From Azolla caroliniana (lineage: Eukaryota; Plantae; Polypodiophyta), in the NCBI GenBank assembly GCA_043228905.1, contig JBHGNT010000022.1:3224001-3288000 (forward strand): a stretch of DNA of 64,000 bases, written 5' to 3'. The notes under the pieces are model-generated. The model ran no database searches, was not told where the DNA came from, and saw nothing but the letters and a program-made list of their open reading frames with translations. Position 1 is the stretch's first letter, and every line of letters begins with the position of its first letter. Shown piece by piece: positions 1 through 13,600 of this stretch. Both the position numbers and the translations under genes were made by a program.

Positions 1-1160
1 TTTCGCAAAATATTGGGCAAGAGTTGAGTCTGAAACAAACACCACCACATCCTCGAAGGAATACTTCCACATTGCTAACGGTCTACTCTACCGTAATGGG
101 AAGGTTTGTGTTCCAGATTTACCCGAGGTCAAAAAGAGGATTCTTTTTTAATGCCATGATACACCCTCAACAGGGCACCCTAGAATACATCGTACACTCG
201 TTCTCATCTCCACACAATTTTATTAGCCTAAGATGCGTCCTGACATACATAGTTATGTGACTAAATGTCACCAATGTCAGGTTAACAAAGCCGAGCGACT
301 TAAAGCCGCAGGACTTTTACATCCCTTGGACATTTTGAATAATAAGTGGGAAAGTATATCCATGGATTTTATTGTTAGCCTTCCTCGCACCCAAAAAGGT
401 CATGATGCAATCTGGGTTGTGGTTGATAGACTAACTAAAATTGCCCAATTTATTGCTACTAAAACCACGGTAACAACTCCTGAATTGGCTTACCAATTCC
501 TTGATGAGTTATTTCATTTTTATGGGTTACCGATGGATATTGTGAGTGATCGAGATGCAAAATTTACTACTGACTTTTGGACACAAGTCTTCAAGAAGTT
601 AGAAATGATGTTGAGCATGAGCTCCACGTATCATCCTCAATCGGATAGATAGATAGAACGAGTAAATCAAATTATTGAGGACATGCTTCGAGCATACGTT
701 GGGTGCAAAACCAACAAAATGGGAAAACGTTATCTCCCAATTTTTGAGTTTGCTTATAACAGCTCTAAGCATATGTCGACGGGATATAGTCCTTTTATGT
801 TGATGTATGGTTCTCAGCCATGAGCCCCAATTTGATGTTAATATACATCATAATGAGTTGCGAAGTACGCAAAACTTTCTTCGGGATATGCAAGATATGT
901 TGCATATTGCACGAGGTAATATAAAAACAGCTCAAGATAGAGTGCGTTTTTATGCCGATCATCATAGGAAACCTCGTGTATTCAACCCTGGATAGAAGGT
1001 ATTTTTACATGTACCTCACAATTCTAAGACATTGTCTAAGGGTAAGTGCGCTCCACGGTTTTGTGGATCTTTTATAGTCCTCAAACGCATTGGATCATCG
1101 GCCTATCGTCTCGCTCTTCCCGATGGCATTGAAATTCATCCAGTTTTTGATGTCAGTCCT
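1..1160 (+). mobile_element. Degenerate Ty3/gypsy integrase region, truncated at the tRNA array
   Basis: ORF 233-652 has CHQCQ, W.SISMDF, VVVDRLTK, IVSDRD and STYHPQSD. It continues through stops and frameshifts to GPF/AYRL and IHPVF.VS-like motifs near 1070-1157. No LTR follows. Confidence 0.9.
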
Positions 1161-1224
1161 TCTGGGGACGGTTGATTAGGCAACATGATAAGTGGATGAC
1201 GTGGTTGAGTTGGTCTAAGGCGCT
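1161..1224 (+). repeat. Partial tRNA-Leu satellite monomer, interrupted by Copia-A
   Basis: GTTGATTAGGCAACATGATAAGTG-GATGACGTGGTTGAGTTGGTCTAAGGCGCT matches the monomer consensus up to tRNA nt 30. Confidence 0.85.
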
Positions 1225-1639
1225 TGTCAACGATTACTTGCGGAAGCGTTAGAAAGCAGAGAAAATAGGGAATACACAAAGTACACGGGAGAGACAGAGA
1301 GAGCAGAACCTCAAAGCTATATTCAAAAATATATAAAACACTCTATCACATACAACTGTGCTCAGTAGCACTATTTATACAAGTCCTTGTGGGATTGACA
1401 CAAGTACCGCATACTTCAATGCTCACACGAGCTTCTGACACTTACTACGAGACTATAATTGCCTAGTAGTTTAAACTAATACTAGGCTTCCAGTTACCAA
1501 TTGGATCCGGCTAACCGGCTCCCTAGCTCACCGGCTCTATTGCTTGCCGGCTCAGTTGCTCACGGCTTACCAATCCGTCTGGCTTGCCGGCTCAGGCTTA
1601 TCTAGTCGATCTGGCTCCAGTTGAGCTTGCCGCTCAACA
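1225..1639 (-). repeat. Copia-A 3' LTR (415 bp)
   Basis: TGTCAAC...TCAACA on +; direct repeat of 6090-6490 with many substitutions; adjacent to the PPT. Confidence 0.92.
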
Positions 1640-2018
1640 CTCCCCCTCAAGCTCAACCTGAGGTTGGATCCTAGTGCCAGCCTCTGTGGCATTCGGTTCT
1701 TCCAACCGACTTCTTCTGGCGTCACTCCGCCTTGCTCGCGCTCCTCGTCCGGTTCGGTTCTGTTTGCCGCGACCCCTCTTGTTCTGCACCCCTCGACCTT
1801 CTCGGTCGTTATGTCTGCTCAGTAGGCCCCTCTCAGCTCCTTCGCTGCTATGACTACGACGCTTATCGATCCGTTGGTTCCTCTGCGATGGCATCGACTT
1901 TCGCTGCATCCGTGTCTGCTTGGCCTTGAATTGATCCGGTTCTTCCGAATCTGTCTTTTGAACTAAATCTATTGTCTCTGATTCGTTCCAGCTCTTGTCC
2001 AAATTGGTTGCTCCCGAT

Positions 2019-5000
2019 TCATCTTCTGGTTCCAGGCCCATTACCACATCGAACCATCCGGGTCTTGGCCTTCTTCCTTCGGTCGGCTCTGTCCTTCTTG
2101 ACTCTACCGCCTTCTGTTCTTCCCTCACCGGCGCTATCGGCAGTCTCTTTGCCTTTGCCGGTTCTCCCCCTCAAGTGTGGCACGTCGAGATGCTGAACAC
2201 CAAGCATGTCGGTAAAGTGTTGCAACTTTTCCGATCCGAGCGGCTTGGTGAAGATGTTGGCAACTTGTCGATCCATGTGAACATACCGTAGGTCAACTTC
2301 ACCGCTTAGGACCCGCTCACGCACAAAGTGATAATGCACTTCTATGTGCTTCGTGCGAGCATGGAACACAGGGTTCTTGGCGAGCTGCATGTTGCTGATG
2401 TTATCACAATAAATTGGGATCGGGGTTGGTACCTCGATCCGCAAGTCTCGCAGCAGTCGCCAAAGCCAAATGGCTTCGCAGGTGGCAATGGTAGTGCCCC
2501 GGTACTCAGCCTTAGTGCTTGATAGAGCCACATTTTTTTCATTGTGTCATCGTACAAAAGATCAATATTCACCAACAATAAATGGCCCTCCTTCCGGGCG
2601 AAGTCTGGTCTGATCTTACGACCTTCTAAGCTAAGCGTTAGATTTTACTAGCCTCTGTTCGGCTGCTTTTTGCTACTCCACGCAACAGCTGCGCTCCCTA
2701 GGGAAAACATATAACCGGAAGTAGATCTGCGATCCGACGTATCGCCGGCCCAGTCGGCATCTGTGTAACTGACTAGCTCAGCGGTTATACCTCGTCGGTA
2801 TAACAGTCCCTGGTCCTTCGTGCCGCTTACATATCGCAGTATTCGTTGCGCGCACCGAAGGTGCTCCACGGTCGGCTTCTGCATGAACTGACTTATCATT
2901 CCAACCGGATAGCTGATGTCAGGTCGTGTGATAGTCAAGTAAATAAGGCTTCCGACAATCTGTCGGAACCGTTGCTCGTTGTAGGCCGGTCTAGAGTTGG
3001 GACGAAGCTTCTGGTTCCGGTCCAAGGGTGTGGAGACAGGTCGGCATTCTGTCATGCCGAACTTGTACAACATATTCAAGACGTAATGTTGTTGTGAGAG
3101 TAATATGCCGTCGGGGGTTCGGATCACCTCGATCCCAAGAAAATAATTAAGGTCCCCTAGGTCCTTCATCTCAAATGCGTCCGACAACTGGGACTTGACG
3201 CGGTTGACTTCTGGAACACCCAGTCTAGTGATGACTAAATCATCAACATACAATAGGATACATACCGGACTGGCTGAGCCTTGCCGGATGAACAACGAAG
3301 AGTCCGATTTGGAGGCCACAAACCCCATCTGACGCAACCGGTGCGTGATCTTCGCATTCCAAGCTCGAGGGGCTTGCTTTAGGCCGTACAACGACTTCTT
3401 CAGCCGGCATACCGCCGACTTGTTTATCTCCGATTGAAAGCCGGGGGTTGAGTCATAAAGACTTCTTCTTCCAGATCACCCTGAAGAAACGCATTCTTCA
3501 CATCCATCTGGTGAAGATGCCACCCCCTTGCTGCAGCAACCGCCCGCACCACACGAACCGTCGTCATCTTCGCTACCGGAGCGAAGGTCTCGTCGTAGTC
3601 GATTCCGTGCGTCTACGCATATCCCTTCGCCACTAACCGGGCCTTGTACCAGTTAACTGAACCATTGGCGTTGTACTTTATCTAGTACACCCACTTGCAT
3701 CCGATTGGTTTACAGTGACGGGGAGGGTCAACTAGGTCCCATGTCTCATTGACATCAAGTGCCTGCATTTCTTCCTCCATAGCGGCACGCCAATTTGCAT
3801 CCTTGGCCACTTCTGTATAGCTCTCCGGCTCACGCACTTCCGCCACCTTAGTCATGTACGCATAGTGATGCACCATGTACTCATTGTACCCGTACTGCTT
3901 GACGGGATCCTTCTGGCAGGTGGACCAGCGTAACTCACCGTTACCTGGTTTAAGGCCTTTCTTGGCCGGTTCGGTCTTCGTTGCCGAAGATCCGCCTTTG
4001 TCCTTGCCGGAGTCGAATGCACACCGATCCGACTCATCGTTGCTGGTTTCGAATTCCGACATCTTCTTCTTCCCCTTCTCTTTGCGCGTGAACCGTCTCC
4101 TTGGTTCCTTGCGCGGGGAGGGCACGACAGAGTCTCCACTACTCGTCGGTTCTTGATCGGACTGGTCAGATTGACTCAGTCTCTAGTTCGGCCCGCTCAA
4201 CCGGAACGATTCCGGACTCTCATCCTAAGTCCACGCTTTATCATCCTCTACCTGGGCCGCTTCGGGCTCACTAGCCTCATCCTCTGGCACCAGGTCAGAT
4301 TCGGAAGTCGGAGTCGGTAAGGAGTACCACGATGCCGATTCATTAAACTCGACATCTCGACTAACTCGGACCTGCCTTGTCCAGGGGTTATAACACTTAT
4401 AACCCTTTTGCTCTTGAGCATAGCCGACTAGGATGCATTTTTCCGATTTTGCATCCAGCTTCCTCCGCTTCTCATCCGGTAAATGCACATATGCAATGCT
4501 ACCGAGGATCTTAAGGTGTCTCAAATTCGGCTTCCGCCCGAAATACAGCTCGTGAGCTGACACCTTGTCACCGATCTGGTTCTGGATGTAGACAGCCGTT
4601 CAGACTGCCTCCGCCCAGTAGAATTTGGGCATGCCCAGCATTGCCCTTGCCGCATCGATAAGCGACCGGTTCTTCCTCTCGGCAACACTGTTCTGTTGTG
4701 GTGTGTATCTGCAGTTGAACTCTCGCCGAATTCCCGTTTGTTGTAGATAACTGTTGAATTGGCCGGAAAAGTACTCTTTCCCGCCATCCAACCGCAGGCA
4801 TTTCATCTTCCTCTTTGATTCCTGTTCCACCATGCTTTGAAGACTCCGGAAACACTCGAAGACTTCACTCTTCCGCTCAATGAGGTAGATCCATGTGTGC
4901 TGCGTATAATCGTCGATGAAGGAGACAAAATATCGACTCCCGCCAATACTAACATTTTGTGCCGGTTCCCACTCATCCGAATGGATTAGGTCGAGCTTGT

Positions 5001-5999
5001 TACAGCTCCGGTTATGTTCGGTAGGGAATGGAAGCCGGTGTTGCTTCCCGAGTTGGCAGGCTTCACATACTTGGGCCTTCTGGCCGCTGAACTTCGGCAA
5101 ACCGAAAACAACTTTTTTCGTTTGCAGGTCTTGAAGCCTCCGGTAATTGACGTGGCCTATCCGCTTGTGCCACAGGTTGATGTCTGATTCTACCTTCTGT
5201 CCTTTTGCAAACATAGCGGTGCCGACATCGTTGGTATCGAGGATAAACATCCTCCCGTCTCTGCGCCCTTGCACAATAATCTGGCCATCTTCCTCGATGA
5301 AGCACCCGAGCTGCGTAAACCGCACCTGCATCCCTTGGTCGATGATTTGTCCAACCGACACTAGGTTCTTCGTGATTGTCGGAACGTGTAGTACGTTCAT
5401 CAGCTTCCCCTTCTGTCCAACGTGGCTCAAAGGGACTTCTCCGACGTGCACGATTGGGTGAGGAGTGTCATCTCCGGTTTCGACTACTCCTGGTTGATCC
5501 GGTTTCTCCAAGAAGGAGAACCACTCTTTGTGGCTCGTCATGTGGTTCGACACATCTCGTCTTCCTCTACGGTAACATTGATAGAGGCAAGCGAGTCACA
5601 GATCTCTTTGATCCGGGCCGTGTAATCCGCCACCGACATGTCCTTCTGTCGGACATTACTCAACTCTTGTCGGAGTTGCAACTTCCGGGCCATGGTGCTC
5701 ACAGCGAAGACCTTCTTCAGGTTTCCCCAAGCCTCCTTCGGCGTCTTGGCGTCTCGGATGTGGCTCAACAGCTGGTCTCCGACACTGGACGCAAAGTAGT
5801 ACATTACTCTGCTTGCCGATTGTTCCCACACTGGGAAATCCTTATGTGCCGCATCAGGTGCTATTTCGTTGGCTCCTTCGACGAAGCTCCAGTAGCCATG
5901 CCCATGCAGGTACTGGTGCATCTTGTACGACCAAGATGCGTAGTTGGATCTGTCGAGTTTCTCCACAGGGAGCAAGCTAGTCATCCCTCTATCCATCAC
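2019..5999 (-). pseudogene. Copia-A gag-pol, disrupted
   Basis: gag LDRSNYASW; IN WHKRIGH..CEACQLGK; RT YGLKQAPRAW and LYVDD; RH YTDADWAG, IYCDN and HARTKHIEVHYHF. Contains frameshifts, stops, a deletion near 5553 and an insert near 2533-2658. Confidence 0.93.
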
Positions 6000-6089
6000 T
6001 TCTCTGTTTGTTGTTCTTACGACCTGTTAGGGTTTACTTTCAAGCGTTTGTCGGCTGCAAAGGTTCTCAACCCTCGCGCTCTGATACCA

Positions 6090-6490
6090 TGTCAACGATT
6101 ACTTGCGGAAGCGTTAGAAAACAGAGAAATTAGGGAATACCCAAAGTACACGGGAGAGACAAAGAGAGCAAAACCTCAAAGCTATATTCAAAAATATATA
6201 AAACACTCTATCACATACAATTGTGCTCAGTAGCACTATTTATACAAGTCCTCATGGGACTGACACAAATGCCGCGTACTTCAAGGCTCACACGAGCTTC
6301 TGACACTTACTACGAGACTATAATTTCCTGGTAGTCTAAACTAATACTAGGCTTCTAGTTACCAATTGGATACGGCTAACCGGCTCCCCAGCTCATTGGC
6401 TCTGTTGATTGCCGGCTCAGTTGCTCACGGCTTACCCATCCGTCTCGCTTGCCGGCTCAGGCTTATCTAGCCGATCTGGCTCCAGTTGAG
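6090..6490 (-). repeat. Copia-A 5' LTR, outer end clipped
   Basis: Matches 1225-1625, then joins the satellite spacer TGAACAT. Confidence 0.9.
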
Positions 6491-7609
6491 TGAACATCAT
6501 TCGTTTTGGCAACGAGTTGATTAGGGAACACGATAAGTAGATGAGGTGGCCGAGTTGGTCTAACGTTAGAACCTAGATTAAGGTTCTAGTCCGAAAACGC
6601 GTGGGTTCAAATCCCACTCTCATCATCGGTGTAAAATGAACATGCTTCAATTTGGCAACGGATTCATTAGCCAACACGATAAGTGGATGAGGTGGTCGAG
6701 GTGGTCTAAGGCGCTAGATGAAGGTTCTAGTCCGAAACGGCGTGGGTTCAAATCCCACTCTCATTATCAATGTAAAATGAACAAGCTTTGTTTTGGCGAC
6801 GGGATGATTAAGCCAGACGATAAGTCTATGAGGTGCCCGAGTTGGTCTAAGGTAGTAAATTAAGGTTCAGGGCTGGGTTCAAATCCGACTCTCATCATCA
6901 AAGTAAAATGAATATGCTTCGTTTTGGCGACGAGTTGATTCGGCAACATGAGAAGTGGATGAGGTTGTGTAAGGCGCTAGTCCGAAAAGGCGTGGGTTCA
7001 AATCCCATTGTCATCATCGATGTTAAAAGAACCAACTTTGTTTTGGGGACGACTTGATTAGGAAACACTATAATTGGATGAGGTGGCCGAGTTGGTCTAA
7101 GGCGCAAGATGAAGGTTCTAGTCCGAAAGGGCGTGGGTTCAAATCCCACTGTCATCATCATCGAAAGGGCGACGAGTTTATTAGGCAACAGGATAAGTGG
7201 TTGAGGTGGTCTAAGGCTTAAACCTAGATTAAGGTTCTAGTCCGAATGGGCGTGGGTTGAAATCCCGCTATCATTATTATTGTAAACGGAACATGTTTCG
7301 TTTTGGCGACGAGTTGATTAGGCAAGATGATATGTGGATGAGGTTACTGAGTTGGTCTAAGGCGGTGAATTAAGGTTCTAGTCCGAAAGGGCGTGGGTTC
7401 AAATCTCATTCTCATCATCGATGTAAAACGAACACGTTTCATTTTGGCAAGGACTTGATTAAACATTAGGATAAGTGGTCGAGGTGGTCTAAACTGCTAG
7501 ATTAAAGTTCTAGTCCGAAAGGGCGTGGGTTCAAATCCCACTCTTATCATATATGTAAAATGAACATGTTTCATTTTTGTGACGTGTTGATTAGGCAACA
7601 CGATAAGTG

Positions 7610-7690
7610 GATGAGGTGGCCGAGTTGGTCTAAGGCGCTAGATTAAGGTTCTAGTCCGAAAGGGCGTGGGTTCAAATCCGACTCTCATCA
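7610..7690 (+). tRNA. tRNA-Leu(AAG), near-intact copy
   Basis: Full cloverleaf with long variable arm; one T-stem mismatch (CCGAC). Confidence 0.6.
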
Positions 7691-9939
7691 TCGATGTAAA
7701 ATGAATATGCTTCATTTAGGCAAAGAGTTGATTACGCAACATCATCTATGGATCAAGTTGTCAAGGTAGCCGAAAACACTAAATTAAGGTTCTAGTCCGA
7801 AAGGGCTTGGGTTCAAATCCGACTCTCATCATCGATGTAAAATGAACATGCTTCGTTTTGGCAAGGAGTTGATTAGGCAACATCATATGTGGATCAGGTT
7901 GTCAAGGTGGCCGAAAACACTAGATTAAGGTTCTAGTCTGAAAGGGCGTGGGTTAAATCCCACTCTCATCATCGATGTAAAATGAACATGCTTCGTTTTG
8001 GCAAGGAGTTGATTAGGCAACATCATATGTGCATCAGGTTGTCAAGGTGGCCGAAAACACTAGATTAAGGTTCTAGTCCGAAAGGGTGTGGGTTCAAATC
8101 CCACTCTCATCATCGATGTAAAATGAACATGCTTTGTTTTGGTGACACGTTAATGAGGAGGCCGAGTTTGTATAATCCGCGAGTTTAAAGTTCTAGTCCG
8201 AAAGGGCATGTCGTGAAATCCCACTCTCATCATCGATGTAATGTGAACATGGTTCGTTTTGGCGACGAGTTGATTAGGCAACACGATAAGTCGATGACAT
8301 GGCTGAGTTCAAGTCCGAAAACACGTGGGTTCAAATCCCACTCTTATCATCGTTGTAAAATGAACATACTTCATTTTGGTGACGGATTGATTAGCCAATA
8401 CGATAAGTGGATAAGGTGGTCGAGTTCTTCTAAGGTGTTAGAATAAGGTTCTACTCCGAAAGGCCGTGGGTCGAAATCTCACTCTCATCATCGGTATAGA
8501 ATAAACAAGCGTCATTTTGGTAACGGTTGATTAGGCAAAACGATAAGTAGATGAGGTAGCCGAGTGTGTCTAAGGCGATAGAGTAAGGTTCTACTCCGGA
8601 AGGGCATGGGTTCAAATCCCACTCGCATCACTGATGTAAAATGAACATGCGTCGTTTTGGTGGCGGGGGTATTAGGCAACAGGGTAACAAAGGTGGTGGA
8701 GTTGGTGTAAGGCGCTACATTAAGGCTCTAGGGAGAAAGGGCATGGGTTCCAATCCCACTATCAAAATTGATGTAAAATGGACAGCCGTCGTTCTGGGGA
8801 CTGTTAATTAGGCAACACGATAAGTGGATGAGGTGGTTAAATTGTTGTAAGGCGCTATATTAAGGGTCTAGTTCGACAGGGTGTGGGTTCAACTCCCACT
8901 CTCATCATCGATGTATAATAAGCATGTATCATTTTGGCAAGGAGTTATTAGGCAACACGATATATGCATGAGGTGGCTGAGTGGGTCTAAGGTGCTATGT
9001 TAAGGTTCTAGTACGAAAGGACATGTGGTCAAATCCCACTCTCATCATCGATAGGGACGTGGGGATTAGGGAACACGATAAGTGGATGAGGTGGCCGAGT
9101 TGGTCTAAGGTTACAACCTAGATTAAGGTTCTAGTCCGAAAACGTGTGGGTTCATATCCCACTGTCATGATCGGTGTAAAATGAACATGCTTCGTTTTGG
9201 CGACGATTTGATTAACCAACACGATGAGTGGATGAGGTGGCCGAGTTATTCTAAGGTGCTAGATTAAGGTTCTAGTCCGAAAGGGCGTGTGTTCAAATCC
9301 CACTCTTATCATCGATGTAAAATGAACATGTTTTGTTTTGGCGATGAGTTGATAAGGCAACACGATAAGTGGATGAGGTGGCCGAGTTGGTATAAGGTTA
9401 GATCCTAGATTAAGGTTCTAGTCTGAAAACACATGGATTCAAATCCCACTCTCATCATCAGTGTAAAATGAACATGCTTCGATGTGGTGACGGGTTGATT
9501 AGCCAACACAAAAAGTGGATGAGGTGGCCGAGTTATTGTAACCGCTAGATTTAGGTTTTACTACAAAAGGGCGTAGTTCTATTCCGAAAGGGCGTGGGTT
9601 CAAATCCATGCTCATTATTGATGCAAAACAAACCTGTTTCATTTTGGTAGGGAGTTGATTAGACAATAGGATAAGTGGTCGAGGTGGTCTAATGTGCTTG
9701 ATTAAAGTTCTAGTTGGAAAGGGTGTGTGTTCAAATCCCACGCTTATGATCGATGTAAAATGAACATGTGTCATTTTTGTAATGCGTTGATTAGGCAATA
9801 TGAGGTGGCCAAGTTGGTCTAAGGTGCTAGATTAAGGTTCTAGTCTGAAAGGGCATGGGTTCAAATCCCATTGTTATCATCGATGTAAAATGAACATGTG
9901 TCATTTTTGTGACGCGTTGATTAGGCAACACAGTAAGTG

Positions 9940-10020
9940 GATGAGGTGGCCGAGTTGGTCTAAGGCGCTAGATTAAGGTTCTAGTCCGAAAGGGCGTGGG
10001 TTCAAATCTCACTCTCATCA
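9940..10020 (+). tRNA. tRNA-Leu(AAG), best-preserved copy seen
   Basis: Acceptor GATGAGG/TCTCATC, D stem GCC/GGC, anticodon arm CTAGA-TTAAGGT-TCTAG, variable arm CCGAAAGG, T arm GTGGG-TTCAAAT-CTCAC (one G:U), discriminator A; TTTT downstream. Confidence 0.75.
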
Positions 10021-10274
10021 TCGATGTAAAATGAACATGCTTCGTTTTCGAGACCCGTTGATTTGGCAAAAAGATAAGAGGATGAGGTAGCCGCGTTGCT
10101 CGAAGGTGGTAGTTTTAGGTTCTAGTCTAAAAGGGCGTGTATTCAAATCTCACTCTCATCATCAATGTAAAATAAACATGTTTCGTTTTCGCGATGAGAT
10201 GATTAAGCAATATCATATGTGGATGAGGTTGCCGAATTGGCCTAGGATGCTAGATTAAGGTTCTAGTCCGTAAG

Positions 10275-10625
10275 TGTTAGGATCTCGGTCTCTCCGGATG
10301 GGATACGAAGGCCCAACATTGGAAGACCTGGTGAGAACTGGATGACGAGTATCCGGCAAGGAAGACCTGGTGAGAACTGGATGATACAGACCCAGTGAGA
10401 ACCAGATGACGAGTACCCGGCAAGGAAGACCGGGTGAGAACTGGATGTTGCAGGCCCGGTGAGAACCTCTCATCGTATGGAAGGGTCATATATGTAAATA
10501 TGTTCCATAGAGCCCACTAGGGCTATATTTGTAAATAGCCCGAAAGTCCTATTAGTATAAATATGAATTAGGGCAAACTCAATAGATACGATGATAGAGT
10601 TATTGGTGTAACTTCTGTACAGTGC

Positions 10626-10667
<42 letters not shown>

Positions 10668-13600
10668 AATATACAGAGTGCGAAGATTGTGAGCAAGAGG
10701 TCGTTGCCTCTAGGCTCCCTTTTGTATTACTTGACATAGTGATAGTTGGGAGTCTGTGGACTCCCGTGGTTTTTCCCTCTGAGGGTTTTCCACGTAAAAT
10801 CTGTGTATTCTCTTTCTGTTTTGTGTACTTACCTCCATTCCCATTTCTTCTGTGTTTGATTGGCATCAAGTGATCTACGCTTCGGTTGTGGCCGGAGATT
10901 ATTCCAGATATTTCACGTGAAATTGGTATTCAGAGCGAAACGACACAGAAAAATGGACGATTCGTTGGGAGGCATGTTCAAGCTCACCAGCTCCAACTAC
11001 TCAGTGTGGAAGTCGAAGATGAGGGACATGTTCGTGGTTAAAGATCTTTGGTTGCCGGTTCAGGTCGGGGACAAGAGATCAGACAAGATCGATGCCTCGA
11101 TATGGGAGGTGATGCACATGAAGACAACAGTGTACATACGGTGCTTCATCGACATGAGCCTATACAACAACTTCAATGAAGAGAGTAAGGCTCATGAGAT
11201 CTGGGAGAATATCGGCATTATGTTTCAAAACAAAAATGTTGTTAATGAGGTTTCGGTATTTCGGAAGCTAGTAAGACTCTGGTACCAAGATGGCTCCAGC
11301 ATGGCGGAGCACATGAATGCCTTCCAGGAGCTGATCCACCAGGCAACATCATTGGAAGTACCTCTCGCTGATGAGGTACTAGCACTACTCCTACTCGGTT
11401 CCCTCCCCGATAGCTGGGAGACATTGGTTGTCACTTTCGGCAACGCCGGGCCGGAAGGGAAACAGTTATCCCTAGCAAGAGTGAAGTTGAGCTTGCTAGA
11501 TTAGGAGGCGCGTCAGATAGACAAGGATACGAGCTCCGACTCCAAAGTGCTCCTTACTGAATTGGAACGCGGAAGGCAAAGGAACCGTAGTCCCCAGAAC
11601 CAGGAAAAGTCAGGGACACGGTCAAAGTCAAGGGGGAGGCCTACTTGCTTTTATTGCGGCAAGTCGGGACACTTCCAGAAGAACTGTCGGCACTTCCGAA
11701 AAGACAAGGAAACCGACGGTACCGATTCGAAGTGGACACCGGACCGGAACAGTAAAGACCGGAGGGGACCTAACCGGAAGGGAACGACGGCAATCGCGGC
11801 AAGTGAAGAAGAGTTGATTCTCATCAACGAGGAGAGTGAGTTGAACCTTGCCGGCGACGAGACAACGTGGGTTGTCGATTCCGGAGCGTCGTTCCACCTT
11901 ACCCCGGACCGGAAATGCTTCTTATCCTACACAGTCGGTGATCACGGCTGTGTCCGGATGGGGAATGAAGGTACATGCCGAATTGTTGGCATAGGAGACG
12001 TGTGGTTGACAACACCAACCGGATGCAAGCTGCTGCTAAAGGATGTCTGACACGTTCTGGAGGTTTGACTAAACCTGATATCAGCCGGTCGGATAGATGA
12101 TGAAGGCTACACGGGTAGCATCTAGAACGGAGTCATGAAATTTAGCAAAGGGAGCTTGATAGTGGCTCGGGTCAGAAAGGTCAACACGTTGTACCTGATG
12201 AATGCCCGTTTATGCCCGGAAGAAGTGAACATTGCATCCAACACTGCCGGTGGGCTGTGGCACAAGAGACTGTGTCACATGAGCGTGAAGGGGATGAAGA
12301 GGCTTGCTGATGACAACCTCTTTCCGGTGGAGAACGTGTATCTTGAAAGGTGCACCGACTGTCTAGCCGGGAAGCAAAACCGGACCTCCTTCTGATCAAG
12401 GCCACCGATGAGACCTAATGCACCATTGGAGTTGGTGCATACCGATGTGTGTCAAGTGGACATGAGGTCCCATGCCGGAGTGCAGTACTTCGTGACGTTC
12501 ATAGATGACCACAGCAGGAGGCTGTGGGCCACACCGTTGAAGACGAAGAATCAGGTGTTATCCGTCTTCAAGGAGCTCCACGCAAGAGTGGAAAGAGAAT
12601 CCGGACGGAAGTTGAAGCGGTTCGAGCAGATAACGGAGGAGAATACCGGGGGCAGTTCGAGGAGTACTGCCGCTCGAAGGGAATCCGGCTCCAATTTACT
12701 GTGCCGAAGACACCGAAACTAAACGGGCTGGCCGAGAGGATGAACCGGACCATAATGGAGAGGGTCCAGAGTATGCTAGCACATGCTAAGCTACCCAAGA
12801 CGTTTTAGGTTGAGGCATTGTTGACAGTGACGTATGTAATAAACAAATCACCCTCAATGCCCTTGGATGGAGACACGCCACAAAAGGTGTGGACCGGTAA
12901 GGAAGTGTCCTACCGGCATCTGAAGGTATTTGGGTGTCTCGCGTACGTGCATGTTGCTAAGGACCGGAGAGGAAAGTTGGAATCAAAGACCGGGCCATGC
13001 ATATTCCTCGGATACGGTGATGATGAGTTCGGCTACAGAGTGTGGGATCCGGTTTACAAGAAGGTTTTCCGGAGCCAAGATATTATCTTCATGGAGGACA
13101 AGACTCTTGCCGACTGGGAGTCAGAGAAGAAGAAAATGAACTCCGATGAGATTCAGACCCACCCGGCTAAGAGCCGGTTGACACTCGAGGAACCAACCGG
13201 TTACGAGGATACCGAACCAGCAGAAGAAGAAGTGGAGGAAGCCGAAACCGGAACCGGCCAAGAACCCGAATCGGATTCGGATGAAGAACAAACAAATAGA
13301 GGAGCCGGTTGCCGAAAGCCAAAGACGGAGATATCCTCTCAGAGAGAGAAGTGCCCCCCGGATATTTCCGGATGCAGAGCATGTGGTGCTGACTGATGAG
13401 GGAGAGCCGGAAAGCTTCGAAGAAGCAAAGGATGACACCCATAGCCGCAAGTGGTTGAGTGCCATGCAGGACGAGATGGATGCCCTGCATGAGAACCACA
13501 CGTATGAATTGGTGGAGTTGCCGAAAGGAAAGAGCGCACTCCGAAACAAGTGGGTGTACAAGTTGAAACCGGGAGATGCCCGGAACCCTCCAAGGTACAA

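Larger units (their letters stand above)
1225..6490 (-). mobile_element. Ty1/copia LTR retrotransposon (Copia-A), degenerate
   Basis: LTRs at 1225-1639 and 6090-6490 (the second lacks its outer 14 nt). PBS TGGTATCAGAGC (tRNA-iMet) at 6089-6078; PPT GAGGGGGAG at 1648-1640. Domain order gag-PR-IN-RT-RH. Confidence 0.95.
6491..10270 (+). repeat. Tandem tRNA-Leu(AAG) satellite, about 27 monomers
   Basis: Repeated GATGAGGTGGCCGAGTTGGTCTAAGGCGCTAGATTAAGGTTCTAGTCCGAAAGGGCGTGGGTTCAAATCCCACTCTCATCA plus a conserved 60-nt spacer. Confidence 0.96.

Noticed and set aside
10861-10870. TGGCATCAAG as the Copia-B PBS
   Set aside because: Present inside both LTRs; the real PBS is at 10924.
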